A stretch of 64,000 nt of DNA from Promethearchaeota archaeon (GTDB lineage Archaea; Asgardarchaeota; Lokiarchaeia; Sigyniarchaeales; SOKP01): the NCBI GenBank assembly GCA_030599585.1, contig JAUVNS010000007.1, forward strand, positions 96,001-160,000. The letters are read 5' to 3'. Below, piece by piece: positions 52,506-62,614 of this stretch; the stretch's first letter is position 1; every line of letters begins with the position of its first letter. The notes under the pieces were generated by a model. It made no database searches. It saw only the letters and a program-made list of their open reading frames with translations, and had not been told where the DNA came from. Made by a program: the position numbers and the translations under genes.

Positions 52506-52751
52506 ATGAAAAATCCAATTATAGCTTTTGTTCATTCCTTCAGTAACCTTACGAATGACATCTCAAAATTTGCTAATAAGATTGATGCTATCAAAGACGA
52601 TATTGAAAAAGAGAAGGATTTGATTGAAAACTTGCATGGTTTTGACAAAATTTATCAGTTAGTCAATGTTCTGGCGAATTCCATCCCTTTTTCTCTCGAA
52701 TTGATAAAATCGATCGAAAAAGAATTAGCCGTTTATCAAGACGAATATTAA
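52506..52751 (+). CDS. Small helical hypothetical protein
   Basis: 81-aa ORF only. Confidence 0.5.
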   Translation: MKNPIIAFVHSFSNLTNDISKFANKIDAIKDDIEKEKDLIENLHGFDKIYQLVNVLANSIPFSLELIKSIEKELAVYQDEY

Positions 52752-53019
52752 AGTTATAAACAAGTGTAGAAATTTAATCACTAAAAATATTCATAATTAA
52801 AAGTGTAAACTAAATTTTGGAAAAAATTTTTCGATGGGTTTCCCCATACCCTTCTATTAGTATACCCTTTTTTTAGAAATTTATACTGCATTGTAAAGAA
52901 AAGTAAATTCTTATAAAGAAAAGTAACATAACTTTTCATAAGTAAAAATGTAATAATTTTTACTAATATTTGGAAATCCAATCCAATATACAAACATTTA
53001 CAAAATATGTGATGAAAAG

Positions 53020-54375
53020 TTGGAATTTAATGAAAGAATCACAAAACTAATCGTTTCAACTGTATTAGTTCTTTTATTGTTTGGACCGTTAAATTTGGTC
53101 TTGACTCAAGAATCAAACACTATTATAGAAGAATCACCCGTATCAGCGGGAATAGTAGATATTAACATAATTGATTTAGGTACTTTACCTTATGGTGTAT
53201 TTAGTGAAGCTCGTGATATTAATAATCTCGGTGAGATTATTGGAGAAAGTGATGGATATCCTTGCTATTGGTCAATTGAGGGAGTAATTCAAAAAATAGT
53301 GTGGCCTATTAAAGCGGATAGCATAACACTTTCAGAAATAAACGATTTAAGTCAGGCTGTGGGGTGGTATGATCCATACATTATTCCTGCTCCAACATTA
53401 GGTGAGTCGCGTCCACTTATCTGGACTTCTGCGGATGGAATGACATATTTGGGAGAATTAGATGGACATGAAGGAGAAATAACTGATATTAATGATCTGG
53501 GACAAGTAGTTGGTTGGACTCATGCATTCTCCGACACTACCGATAAACATGCTTTTCTTTGGACTTCAGAAGACGAATATATAGATCTAGGAGCCCTTGG
53601 CGGGGATTATGCTTACCCTGTTGATATAAATAATCTCGGTCAGGTTGTAGGTTGGGCTGAAACATCAACTGGAGACATTCATATTTTTCTTTGGACCCCA
53701 GAAAATGGCATGACAGATCTCGGGACACTAGGATACGGTTATTGTTTTGTGAATGGTATCAATGATCAAGGGTATATTATAGGTGGTGTTGCTGACGCTC
53801 CAAAAGATCCATATCACGCTTTTTTATGGACCCAAGAAAATGGTATAGAACTCCTTGCACCATTAACTTCTTATTCTAGTGAAGCAACAGACATTAACAA
53901 CCTTGGACAAATTGTTGGTTATTATTATATCAATGAATATATGAAGACACATTGTTACGCTTTTCTTTGGACTCCAGAAAGTGGATTCATAGATCTTGGA
54001 ACGCTAGGGGGAGATTATAGTGTAGCTTGGGCGATAAATGATGTTGGACAAATTGTAGGGTATAGTTCTATTGATAATTTTTTCCCTTACGCCGTTTTAT
54101 GGGAGTTTCAGCATCCAACAGGAACCATGATTAGTGTAATTGAAGATTTGGTAGAAGCGGGCGAAATAAATGCTGGACAAGCCACAGCGTTAACGGCAAA
54201 ATTGGAATCTGCAATAGCGTTGATTGAAAAAGGTAAATTAACCCCTGCTGGTAACTTACTTCAAGCTTTTATCAATCAAATAAATAGTCTAATCGCCACG
54301 GGTGCGCTTTCTCAGGAAGAAGGAGAACCACTAATCAATTATGCACTTGAATTATTAAATATAATCTCTGAATAG
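53020..54375 (+). CDS. Secreted HAF-repeat protein with C-terminal FIMAH-like helical domain
   Basis: Repeats DINNLGQVVG..HAFLWT..DLGTLGG; signal peptide; C-terminal NLLQAFINQI. Confidence 0.85.
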   Translation: MEFNERITKLIVSTVLVLLLFGPLNLVLTQESNTIIEESPVSAGIVDINIIDLGTLPYGVFSEARDINNLGEIIGESDGYPCYWSIEGVIQKIVWPIKADSITLSEINDLSQAVGWYDPYIIPAPTLGESRPLIWTSADGMTYLGELDGHEGEITDINDLGQVVGWTHAFSDTTDKHAFLWTSEDEYIDLGALGGDYAYPVDINNLGQVVGWAETSTGDIHIFLWTPENGMTDLGTLGYGYCFVNGINDQGYIIGGVADAPKDPYHAFLWTQENGIELLAPLTSYSSEATDINNLGQIVGYYYINEYMKTHCYAFLWTPESGFIDLGTLGGDYSVAWAINDVGQIVGYSSIDNFFPYAVLWEFQHPTGTMISVIEDLVEAGEINAGQATALTAKLESAIALIEKGKLTPAGNLLQAFINQINSLIATGALSQEEGEPLINYALELLNIISE

Positions 54376-54545
54376 ACATAGTGTTGTAAGATTTTCTCAA
54401 ATTTTAAATTATTTTTTTTTATTTTCTTTTTTAAGGTCTCTCTCTTTTATTATTTCAATTTAAATACCTTTTTCTTCCATACTATTATTGTCATGTCAGC
54501 TATTGATAGTTAAGATTACTCCTATTAAAAAGTCAAATAATATCA

Positions 54546-56165
54546 ATGAGCATGCATATAAATCGAATAACGATGCTAGGAAATTTTGGATGGAAGTTTG
54601 ATTATCCTTCTAGAAGAATACCAGTGTTAGCAAAAAATATTGTTTCTACATCCCAACCTCTTGCTTGCCAAGCCGGACTAAGTATGCTAAGAAAGGGAGG
54701 AAACGCTATAGATGCTGCCTTGGCAACTGCTATAACTCTTACGGTGGTCGAACCAGTTAATAATGGTATTGGAAGCGATGCATTTGCAATCGTTTTTGAT
54801 GGAAAGAAATTAAATGGTTTAAACGCTTCGGGTAAATCTCCTGCTGCGTGGACCGTAGACCATTTTTCTAAATACAAAACCATGCCCCTTTTAGGATGGG
54901 ATTCAGTGACAATTCCCGGGGCGGTATCAGCGTGGGTTGCTCTCTCTAAAAAATATGGGCAATTGAATTTCAAGGATTTATTTGAGCCAGCAATTCATTA
55001 CGCTGAGAATGGATTTTTAGTATCACCTATAACAGCAAAATTGTGGAACCAATTAGCTATAATGTATAAATCACAGAAATTTCCAGATTTTCACGAGATT
55101 TTTCTTCCTACTGGGAAGGCTCCAAAACCTGGAGAGTTGTTTAAAAATCCAAACCAAGCAGCGACCTTAAAAAAGATCGCAGAAACAGAAGGAGAATCTT
55201 TTTATAGCGGAGAGTTGGCAAAAAAACTCGTAGATCACGCTACTAACACTGGTGGATTGATAACACTTGAGGATTTAGAAAACCACGAAGCAACCTGGGA
55301 AAACACAATAACAATGGAATATAAAGGTTTAACTTTACATGAATTACCTCCTAACGGTCAAGGATTAGCTGCGCTTATAATGTTAGGGATATTAAAAAAC
55401 TTTGATCTAAGCCAATATAAACCTGATTCTCCCCAAGCAATACACTTACAAATGGAAGCAATGAAACTAGCTTTTTCCGACGTATATCGCTATATTTCTG
55501 ATCAAAGTCATTTAGAATTTGACCCTTCTCTGATGTTATCTTCTAATTATCTAGAGGAGAGAGCAAAATTAATTAACATAAATAGAGCTCAACAATTCAA
55601 TTTCGGGGTCCCTCAAACAGGGGATACCGTATATCTTACTACTGCTGATGCTGAGGGAATGATGGTATCTTTCATTCAATCCAATTACATGGGATTTGGG
55701 TCGGGAATAGTAATACCTGGTACTGGTATCAGTCTTCAAAATAGAGGTAATGGATTCAATTTAAGTGAAGGGCATCCTAACCAAGTTGGACCGGAAAAGC
55801 GTCCATATCACACAATTATCCCTGCATTTGTAACTAAAAGGGATGTCCCAGTAATGAGTTTCGGTGTTATGGGGGGATCAATGCAACCCCAAGGCCATGC
55901 TCAAATGATGATCAGAATTTTTGAGTATCAACAAAACCCTCAAACAGCAGTCGATGCACCAAGGTGGCGAATAATGCAAGGACTTAAAGTTAATCTTGAA
56001 ACTGGTTTTAATAAAGAAACACAAGAACATATTAAAAAAATGGGTCATCAAGTATATAAGGGACATTATTTCGAATTTGGTGGTGCTCAGATCATCTATA
56101 AGCTCGATGATGGATATCTAGCTGCCTCGGATCCTAGAAAGGATGGTCAAGCGGTAGGCTATTAA
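54546..56165 (+). CDS. ggt: Gamma-glutamyltransferase family
   Basis: GGNAIDAA, GDTVY (Thr nucleophile), QNRG, KRPYHTIIP, SDPRKDG. Confidence 0.92.
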   Translation: MSMHINRITMLGNFGWKFDYPSRRIPVLAKNIVSTSQPLACQAGLSMLRKGGNAIDAALATAITLTVVEPVNNGIGSDAFAIVFDGKKLNGLNASGKSPAAWTVDHFSKYKTMPLLGWDSVTIPGAVSAWVALSKKYGQLNFKDLFEPAIHYAENGFLVSPITAKLWNQLAIMYKSQKFPDFHEIFLPTGKAPKPGELFKNPNQAATLKKIAETEGESFYSGELAKKLVDHATNTGGLITLEDLENHEATWENTITMEYKGLTLHELPPNGQGLAALIMLGILKNFDLSQYKPDSPQAIHLQMEAMKLAFSDVYRYISDQSHLEFDPSLMLSSNYLEERAKLININRAQQFNFGVPQTGDTVYLTTADAEGMMVSFIQSNYMGFGSGIVIPGTGISLQNRGNGFNLSEGHPNQVGPEKRPYHTIIPAFVTKRDVPVMSFGVMGGSMQPQGHAQMMIRIFEYQQNPQTAVDAPRWRIMQGLKVNLETGFNKETQEHIKKMGHQVYKGHYFEFGGAQIIYKLDDGYLAASDPRKDGQAVGY

Positions 56166-56284
56166 ATTAAATTAATTTTTAACTTGTTCGTAATCGTGAT
56201 ATATACGTTATTGCTATTAGAGTTATTTTAAATAAGTAGAGTTTATTATATTGATATTATCCAAAATATTAAATTTGATTTTAC

Positions 56285-56833
56285 ATGTCTGGTAGAACTG
56301 AAAGAATTTTTAAATTAGCCGTTTTAGGTAATTCTGCTGTCGGAAAAACATCATTAATTAATCAATATATTCATCAGAAGTTTGAACAAGATTATCATCC
56401 TTCTCTGGGAGTTAATATTGTTATAAAAGAGATGGATGTTGAAGAAAAAAATGCTCATGTTAAAATGATACTCTGGGATATAGCAGGCCAGGAGAAATAT
56501 GATTTATCGCGAAAAGCGTTTTTTCAAGGTTGCGTTGGAGCCTTATTTGTGTATGATGTAACTCGACCAGTTACATTTAAGGATGTAGAATCCAAGTGGC
56601 TTAAAGAATTAACAGAATTTGGAAATAAGAATGTGGCGTATCTTTTAATTGGCAATAAAAATGATTTACTCGATGAAAAGATGGTTTCAACAAAAGATGG
56701 TGAAAAATTAGCAAATAAAATGAAGGCCAGCGAATTTATCGAGACGAGTGCTAAACATGGAGCTAATGTTGAAAAAGCCTTTAAAACTCTTGTTCTTAGC
56801 GTAATCTCTAATAAGGAAAAAGTAAAAGCTTGA
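56285..56833 (+). CDS. Rab-like small GTPase (Ras superfamily)
   Basis: GNSAVGKTS, WDIAGQE, GNKND, ETSAK. Confidence 0.92.
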   Translation: MSGRTERIFKLAVLGNSAVGKTSLINQYIHQKFEQDYHPSLGVNIVIKEMDVEEKNAHVKMILWDIAGQEKYDLSRKAFFQGCVGALFVYDVTRPVTFKDVESKWLKELTEFGNKNVAYLLIGNKNDLLDEKMVSTKDGEKLANKMKASEFIETSAKHGANVEKAFKTLVLSVISNKEKVKA

Positions 56834-56888
56834 TTTATAAAAATTAGTTATTTTTCCCATGTATTCATGATTACACAAGTATTTATCG

Positions 56889-57797
56889 TTATATATCTCG
56901 AAATTCAAAAGCAGAAAAAATTTTTTTTATTTTTTCTTTTTCGTGGACATCAAGCCACTTAGAATAAGTATATTGTAAGGTTTTTCCTATGGAATAAACT
57001 TTTGGATGCCATAATGGATTATAAGGCAACAATTCAATCTTCTTAATTCCTAAATTCTCTAAATAATTCGCCCATTGATTAAGATTTTTGTCATTGACGG
57101 TAATTTTAGGAATTAATGGAATGCGGGGCAATATCTCAACTGATTTTGATTCTAATAAAGCAGTAAAATTTTCGAAAATCTTTTTGTTTGAGATTCCGCA
57201 GTATTTCATGTGAAGCTTTTCATCAAAAATTTTCAAATCAAAATAAATTAGATCGATAAAGGGAAGGATACGCTCGAAAAAAATCTCTTTATTAAACAAA
57301 CCACATGTTTCTAAACATACGTGGATGTTATTAGATTTAACTTGTTTAAGGAATGAATGGAGAAATGGCATCTGATAGGTTGCTTCTCCACCTGAAAGAG
57401 TTATTCCTCCATTTGAATTTTCAAAAAATGGCTTGTCGATTAAAATTGTTTCAAGTAGTTCCTTAACTGTATATAAAGTCCCCACAAACTTCAGAGCTTT
57501 AGTCTTACATTGCGAGATACATTTTCCACAGTAAGTGCATTTTTCGATTACTAATGGAAAATTTAACGAAAAATTAATAGCATCTTCCGGACAAATCTCA
57601 ACACAATCGTAGCAGGCTAGGCAATCCTCAGGACTATAAGATATCTCTTGTTTTAATTGTATACATTCAGGATTTTGGCACCAAATGCAAGATAACGGGC
57701 ACCCTTTAAAGAATATAACTGTTCGAATGCCTGGACCATCATCTAATGAATTTCTTTTAAGATTAGTTATAAATCCTTTCATTCCTAGATCTAGCAT
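56889..57797 (-). CDS. Glycyl-radical enzyme activating protein
   Basis: DGPGIRT..KGCPLSCIWCQNPE plus a 2[4Fe-4S] insert. Confidence 0.92.
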   Translation of the reverse strand: MLDLGMKGFITNLKRNSLDDGPGIRTVIFFKGCPLSCIWCQNPECIQLKQEISYSPEDCLACYDCVEICPEDAINFSLNFPLVIEKCTYCGKCISQCKTKALKFVGTLYTVKELLETILIDKPFFENSNGGITLSGGEATYQMPFLHSFLKQVKSNNIHVCLETCGLFNKEIFFERILPFIDLIYFDLKIFDEKLHMKYCGISNKKIFENFTALLESKSVEILPRIPLIPKITVNDKNLNQWANYLENLGIKKIELLPYNPLWHPKVYSIGKTLQYTYSKWLDVHEKEKIKKIFSAFEFRDI

Positions 57798-57820
57798 GCT
57801 ATAAAGAGATTAGATATTAA

Positions 57821-60799
57821 TTAATGCGTGTGAAATTCCGTTCTATTAATTAGTTCAAGTTGGAGCTCTTTATTTAAATCGACAAAATAGGCGTTGTATC
57901 CAGAAATTCTGACCATTAACCAACGATAATTTTCAGGTTGAACCATCGCATCCTTTAAAGTATCGGATGATACTACGTTGAATTGCATCTGCATACCACC
58001 TAAATCAAAGTAGCTCTGAGTATATCCTCGAAAGTAGTTGATTGTTTCTTCATGAGTATCTTTAGGATCGGGTACTAATTTAACATTAAAAGCAAGATTA
58101 TTAGGCATTTTTTCGCTGTCTAATGCAGCCACCGCTCTTATATTCTCAATTAAAACATCTCTATCACTTGGAACAGGGGTTAATCCTGGCGTGAACGGTT
58201 TAAAGGCTTTTCTCCCATTGGGTAAAGCTCCAGAAACATTGCCAAAAGCAACATGATTACTCATACTCCAAAATCCTACTAGATATTTACCACCACGATA
58301 ATTATCAAACGAATAAAAATCGTCATACACGTAATCTATAACCTCTTGGCCTAATTGAATCGTTTGTGAGCCATCAGTTCCAAACTTTGGTATTGATTTG
58401 ATTCTTTTTAACAATAATTCCCCTTCTGGAGATGAAAAATTATTTTTTACATGATCATTGAAAACACTAAAATCAATTTCTTTTCTATCGTATACCAACG
58501 TTTTAACAACATTCAATGTATCAATAATATCAGCGAGTCCAATCATTGCTACACCTGAAGTGTTATAAATGGCACCTCCATCGACTAAATCAATCCCTTT
58601 TTCCATTGGTCCCTCAAATAACGAACTTAATAAGGGTGATGGATGTAAATCTTGATGTGCTCTTCCTAAGAGATTATTATATTCTACACTTTTTTCAATC
58701 ATAAAGTGAAGTTGTTGTTTGAAAGCGTTCAGAAAATCATTATTGTTTTTAAAATCACCAACTTCGCCAGTATTTGGGCCAAATCTCTTATGATTACTAA
58801 CAACAGGATGAAACCCATTATTAAGTGTCATTTCCATAGCAGCTATTGTATTAAACATCATGCAATTGGTATGACCAAAATGTTTTCCGCAAATTGTTGG
58901 CTCAACACAGCCAGTTGCAGCCCAAGTCCTTGCATCTTCCAGCTTTATACCAACTTTTGTCAGAGCATTAATCATTTGGATATCGTTATGAATTGAAGGC
59001 GTGGCATAAGTATTAATATTAACCTCAAGGATTCGATCCAAATATTCTTTCGAATTCACTCCCGGAAAATAACGAGCATTTAAATTTGGATCTCTCAAGG
59101 TTAGCATTTCTGTTACTTTTAAAATTATAAATGTCATATCACAAACTGCAGAATTACCCTCTTTATCAACACCACCAACTGTGAGAGCAAAATCTTGGCT
59201 ACTCCCCCCAAATAGATAATTTCCAACATCTGGAACTAAGGGAGCTTGATCTGAAACACGGAGAAAGAAACAACCCATTAATTCTATTGCTTTCTTAATA
59301 TACTCCTCTTTTTGCTTATCTGATGTGATTTTTTCCATATCACTTTCAAAATATGGTTGTAACCAATGATCTAAACGACCAAGTGACAACCCCATATGGG
59401 CATTCTCTTGAGTTAGGGCAATCCACATTATCCAAATTGAGATGATTGCTTCTTCAAGGGATTTAGGTGGTTCAGCAGGTACTTTCGACAATAGTTCTCC
59501 TAAGTGAAGTAATTCCTGTTTTCTCAATTTCAACATTTCTGAAGCATTTTGTTCCTCGATTGTATCTGCTTTATGTACTGCTTCATTTGCTAAATTTTTT
59601 GTATAATTTAAAACACCAATTAACGCTAATTGGATTCCTTTATAGAAATCTTCTTTTATTGAATCAGTTGTTTCTTTTTCTTTAGAAATTGCTTCATTCA
59701 ATAACTCAATTATCCCCTTTTTTAGAAAATCAGGAAATCCAGGAATGGTGTGGGAAATTGCTTGAGTTTTCCACATAAAATAAAATACAAAATGTTCATC
59801 CATTTGTTGAGATAAGGGATTACCACTTTTGGTTCTAACGTATTCTCTAATATTTCTATCCATCCAAAAAGGAAAAACTTCATTATCTAAAATATCAATC
59901 GCTTCTTGATCTATTAGATGGGGGTTTAATTCGCGATTATCAATTGAATAAAGTTCAGGCCAGAAAAACATAGCCCCAAATTCGGGATATATCATTGTAC
60001 CTAATCGTTTAGTTGTTGAAGTACCTGGTAAATAATCCCAATCTTGAATTAAAGGCTTTTTTCTAGAAAGAATATAGTTGACTATTTTCCCCATTTTCAA
60101 GCCAGGATGATCAGTATTTCCATCTTCTGGCGTATAACCTTCTTTTTTACAAATTTCGGTAATTAATTTAGATCTTTCTGGGCAAACTTCAAGTTTAGAG
60201 ACTGAACGTACATATTTCAAATAGTTTAATCTTTCAAAATCTTTTAGCTTGTATTTTCCTAAGTAAAGATCGTCTAAGTATTTCACATTATCAGTTTTAT
60301 AATTTAGTATGGTATTTTTCATATGTTCTGTTCCAGAAGAGAAATCTTCAAATTGTTCAAATGGGATAATATCTTCTTTTTGGATATTCTGAATTCGTTC
60401 ATCGTAGGCGTCTTTATGTTTTAACAAAACATATGTCATTAAAAAGAAGAATTTAGTCATGTGACTCATGTTTCCAATCGTATGGATTTTATTTTTCAAA
60501 AGCATATTTACAATTTCTTCTGGTTTGCTTCGAGGAAGCTTCCCCAAATCTTTTACTTTTTTATATTTTAAGGTGAGCGTTGGGTTTTCGATAGTTTCTT
60601 CAATAATTTCGATATTTCCATTATTGAAAATTATTGAGACACTTTGATTCTCATCTTCTTCAGCTGTAAAGAGTAATCTTGCGTTGAAAACAAAATTTGT
60701 CTCTTGATTATAAATTTCTTTGTTATATTCCGGATTTTCATCAATCATCTGTTTAAGTAATCTAAAAACATTCGCAATTTTACTTCTTACTTTCGGCAT
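57821..60799 (-). CDS. Glycyl radical enzyme (PFL2-like) with N-terminal SCP2-like domain
   Basis: GCVEP, MQMQFN, VRISGY; N-terminal ~120 aa SCP2-like (KIHTIGNM). Confidence 0.88.
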   Translation of the reverse strand: MPKVRSKIANVFRLLKQMIDENPEYNKEIYNQETNFVFNARLLFTAEEDENQSVSIIFNNGNIEIIEETIENPTLTLKYKKVKDLGKLPRSKPEEIVNMLLKNKIHTIGNMSHMTKFFFLMTYVLLKHKDAYDERIQNIQKEDIIPFEQFEDFSSGTEHMKNTILNYKTDNVKYLDDLYLGKYKLKDFERLNYLKYVRSVSKLEVCPERSKLITEICKKEGYTPEDGNTDHPGLKMGKIVNYILSRKKPLIQDWDYLPGTSTTKRLGTMIYPEFGAMFFWPELYSIDNRELNPHLIDQEAIDILDNEVFPFWMDRNIREYVRTKSGNPLSQQMDEHFVFYFMWKTQAISHTIPGFPDFLKKGIIELLNEAISKEKETTDSIKEDFYKGIQLALIGVLNYTKNLANEAVHKADTIEEQNASEMLKLRKQELLHLGELLSKVPAEPPKSLEEAIISIWIMWIALTQENAHMGLSLGRLDHWLQPYFESDMEKITSDKQKEEYIKKAIELMGCFFLRVSDQAPLVPDVGNYLFGGSSQDFALTVGGVDKEGNSAVCDMTFIILKVTEMLTLRDPNLNARYFPGVNSKEYLDRILEVNINTYATPSIHNDIQMINALTKVGIKLEDARTWAATGCVEPTICGKHFGHTNCMMFNTIAAMEMTLNNGFHPVVSNHKRFGPNTGEVGDFKNNNDFLNAFKQQLHFMIEKSVEYNNLLGRAHQDLHPSPLLSSLFEGPMEKGIDLVDGGAIYNTSGVAMIGLADIIDTLNVVKTLVYDRKEIDFSVFNDHVKNNFSSPEGELLLKRIKSIPKFGTDGSQTIQLGQEVIDYVYDDFYSFDNYRGGKYLVGFWSMSNHVAFGNVSGALPNGRKAFKPFTPGLTPVPSDRDVLIENIRAVAALDSEKMPNNLAFNVKLVPDPKDTHEETINYFRGYTQSYFDLGGMQMQFNVVSSDTLKDAMVQPENYRWLMVRISGYNAYFVDLNKELQLELINRTEFHTH

Positions 60800-60885
60800 G
60801 TAATTTTACACCTAACTTTTTTGTATTTATTTTTATATAAATTTTTTAATCTAATAAAATTGACTTTATAAATTCAGCTTCTTAA

Positions 60886-61125
60886 TTATTTCTCCCACGA
60901 CTTCATAATAACGTGGGTATTTGAAACTGTTATTCCCTGAATTAAATCGATCTTCTCAGAAAAAATGTCGAATAATTGTTCCGATGTTTCTACTTCAATT
61001 TCAGCCATTAGATCGTAATCTCCAGTTAAAGACATGACTTTCTTAATTTCTGGTATGGCTTTCAGCTCCTCTATTACTTTCTTGATTACATTAATGCCTA
61101 ATTTACACAATATTATTGCTCTCAT
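60886..61125 (-). CDS. Stand-alone Lrp/AsnC ligand-binding (RAM) domain
   Basis: LTGDYDLMAEI..GITVSNTHVI; no HTH. Confidence 0.85.
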   Translation of the reverse strand: MRAIILCKLGINVIKKVIEELKAIPEIKKVMSLTGDYDLMAEIEVETSEQLFDIFSEKIDLIQGITVSNTHVIMKSWEK

Positions 61126-61158
61126 TAATATGCTCTCACCTCTTTTTCATTAATTATC

Positions 61159-62469
61159 TTATTTTTCAATTTTATCAACAAATTGTACCTCTATAGCTAC
61201 AATGTCATCAATAAGTTTTAATTTCCTATTAATTAAATAATGAAAATCTTTAAACGAATTAACTTTAACATGGAGCATAAGATCATACCTACCTATTAGA
61301 GATTCAATTTTCCTTACCCCATAATATTTTAAAATTTTAATGGGCATTAATTTTAAGCTACCAATCTTAATTTTTAACAAAATCTTTGCTTGGACAATGT
61401 TTCTTACTTCATGTGCGTAGCGGAGGATAATAGTTATAACTAAAAACACAATGACTATAATTAAATATCCATGAGGGAAAAATTCCTTTACAAGAATTAC
61501 TGAAAATATTAACGTACTCATTGGATCAATTAAACCCAATATACTACTCCATTGACTATATGTTAAGATCGTAGTTTTCCAATTTACTTTTGCTAAAAAG
61601 ATTAACAAGTAGGGAAGAATGGTAGCAAAAATAATCAAATAAATTATTTCCCAACGTCCCAATATCACAAAAATAAATTGAAGTTCATTAAAGAACGCAT
61701 GAGCCTCTTGAGTAATGTCTGTCTCAAAGGGCAATAATGTGATTAATATTGATGCTAAAATAAGCAAAATTACACCAGAAATAAACGCGATAGCCATCTT
61801 AATAAGAGCACGAGGAATTTTGTAATATTTGTTGATGTTAATATCTATCAATTCCTTCTTTGAGAAAGAATCTCTATCTATACTAATGTAAAGAAAAGAG
61901 CCAGTTATTGAATATAACACTAAGTAGATGAATCCAAGTAATTCAATCGGATCACCTTTTATCTCTGCACCTTGGAGTGAAACGAATGTAATGATGAGAA
62001 TTGAAAAAGAAAGCATCACAATAAATAAAACTCGAAAAGTATCGAATTTCTCGTAATTGACTCCTTTTTCATAGATGCTAATTAAAATAATTGTCATTAA
62101 CATCCCAATCATAACGAAAGGGATTGAAGTTTTCTTAAGAGCGAGAAAGAAAAATAAAATATGGAGAATAATTCCAAAGAAGCCGATAAGAAAGTAATAA
62201 TTGTATTGCCGAATTCTATAAAACCGTTTATTTTTGTGCCTTAAATTTAAAAATAACTCCTTTAGGCTAATTTTGTTTTCTTTGTTCAGGTAATTGTTTA
62301 CGAACACTAGCAGAATTGCTATGACAAATAATACCACCCCAGAAATAAAAAAACGAAGAAAAATTATAGTCAGAATTGAAATTTCAGAAAACAATCCCAT
62401 TACAACTATAGGTATAAAACTCCATAGCAAATTTGCTACTATGAGATTAATAATGATTTTATTCTGCAT
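61159..62469 (-). CDS. EamA/DMT-like membrane protein with C-terminal Lrp/AsnC-like domain
   Basis: LLWSFIP..IIFLRFFISG, ~10 TM; C-terminal LIGRYDLMLHV. Confidence 0.75.
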   Translation of the reverse strand: MQNKIIINLIVANLLWSFIPIVVMGLFSEISILTIIFLRFFISGVVLFVIAILLVFVNNYLNKENKISLKELFLNLRHKNKRFYRIRQYNYYFLIGFFGIILHILFFFLALKKTSIPFVMIGMLMTIILISIYEKGVNYEKFDTFRVLFIVMLSFSILIITFVSLQGAEIKGDPIELLGFIYLVLYSITGSFLYISIDRDSFSKKELIDININKYYKIPRALIKMAIAFISGVILLILASILITLLPFETDITQEAHAFFNELQFIFVILGRWEIIYLIIFATILPYLLIFLAKVNWKTTILTYSQWSSILGLIDPMSTLIFSVILVKEFFPHGYLIIVIVFLVITIILRYAHEVRNIVQAKILLKIKIGSLKLMPIKILKYYGVRKIESLIGRYDLMLHVKVNSFKDFHYLINRKLKLIDDIVAIEVQFVDKIEK

Positions 62470-62614
62470 ATTAATAATTATTACTTTAAATTGTTTAAAT
62501 CAAGGTTTTCGATTACGAAATATAAAATCATTGATTATTTGAATAGTTTTCCTTAAAAAACTCCTTGATATTTGGTTCATTTACCACAGCTTTCCCAAAA
62601 GATTTGCGGTACCG

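Noticed and set aside
52781-52993. 70-aa minus-strand ORF and small ATGGG/CCCAT hairpin
   Set aside because: AT-rich intergenic sequence with no protein-like features
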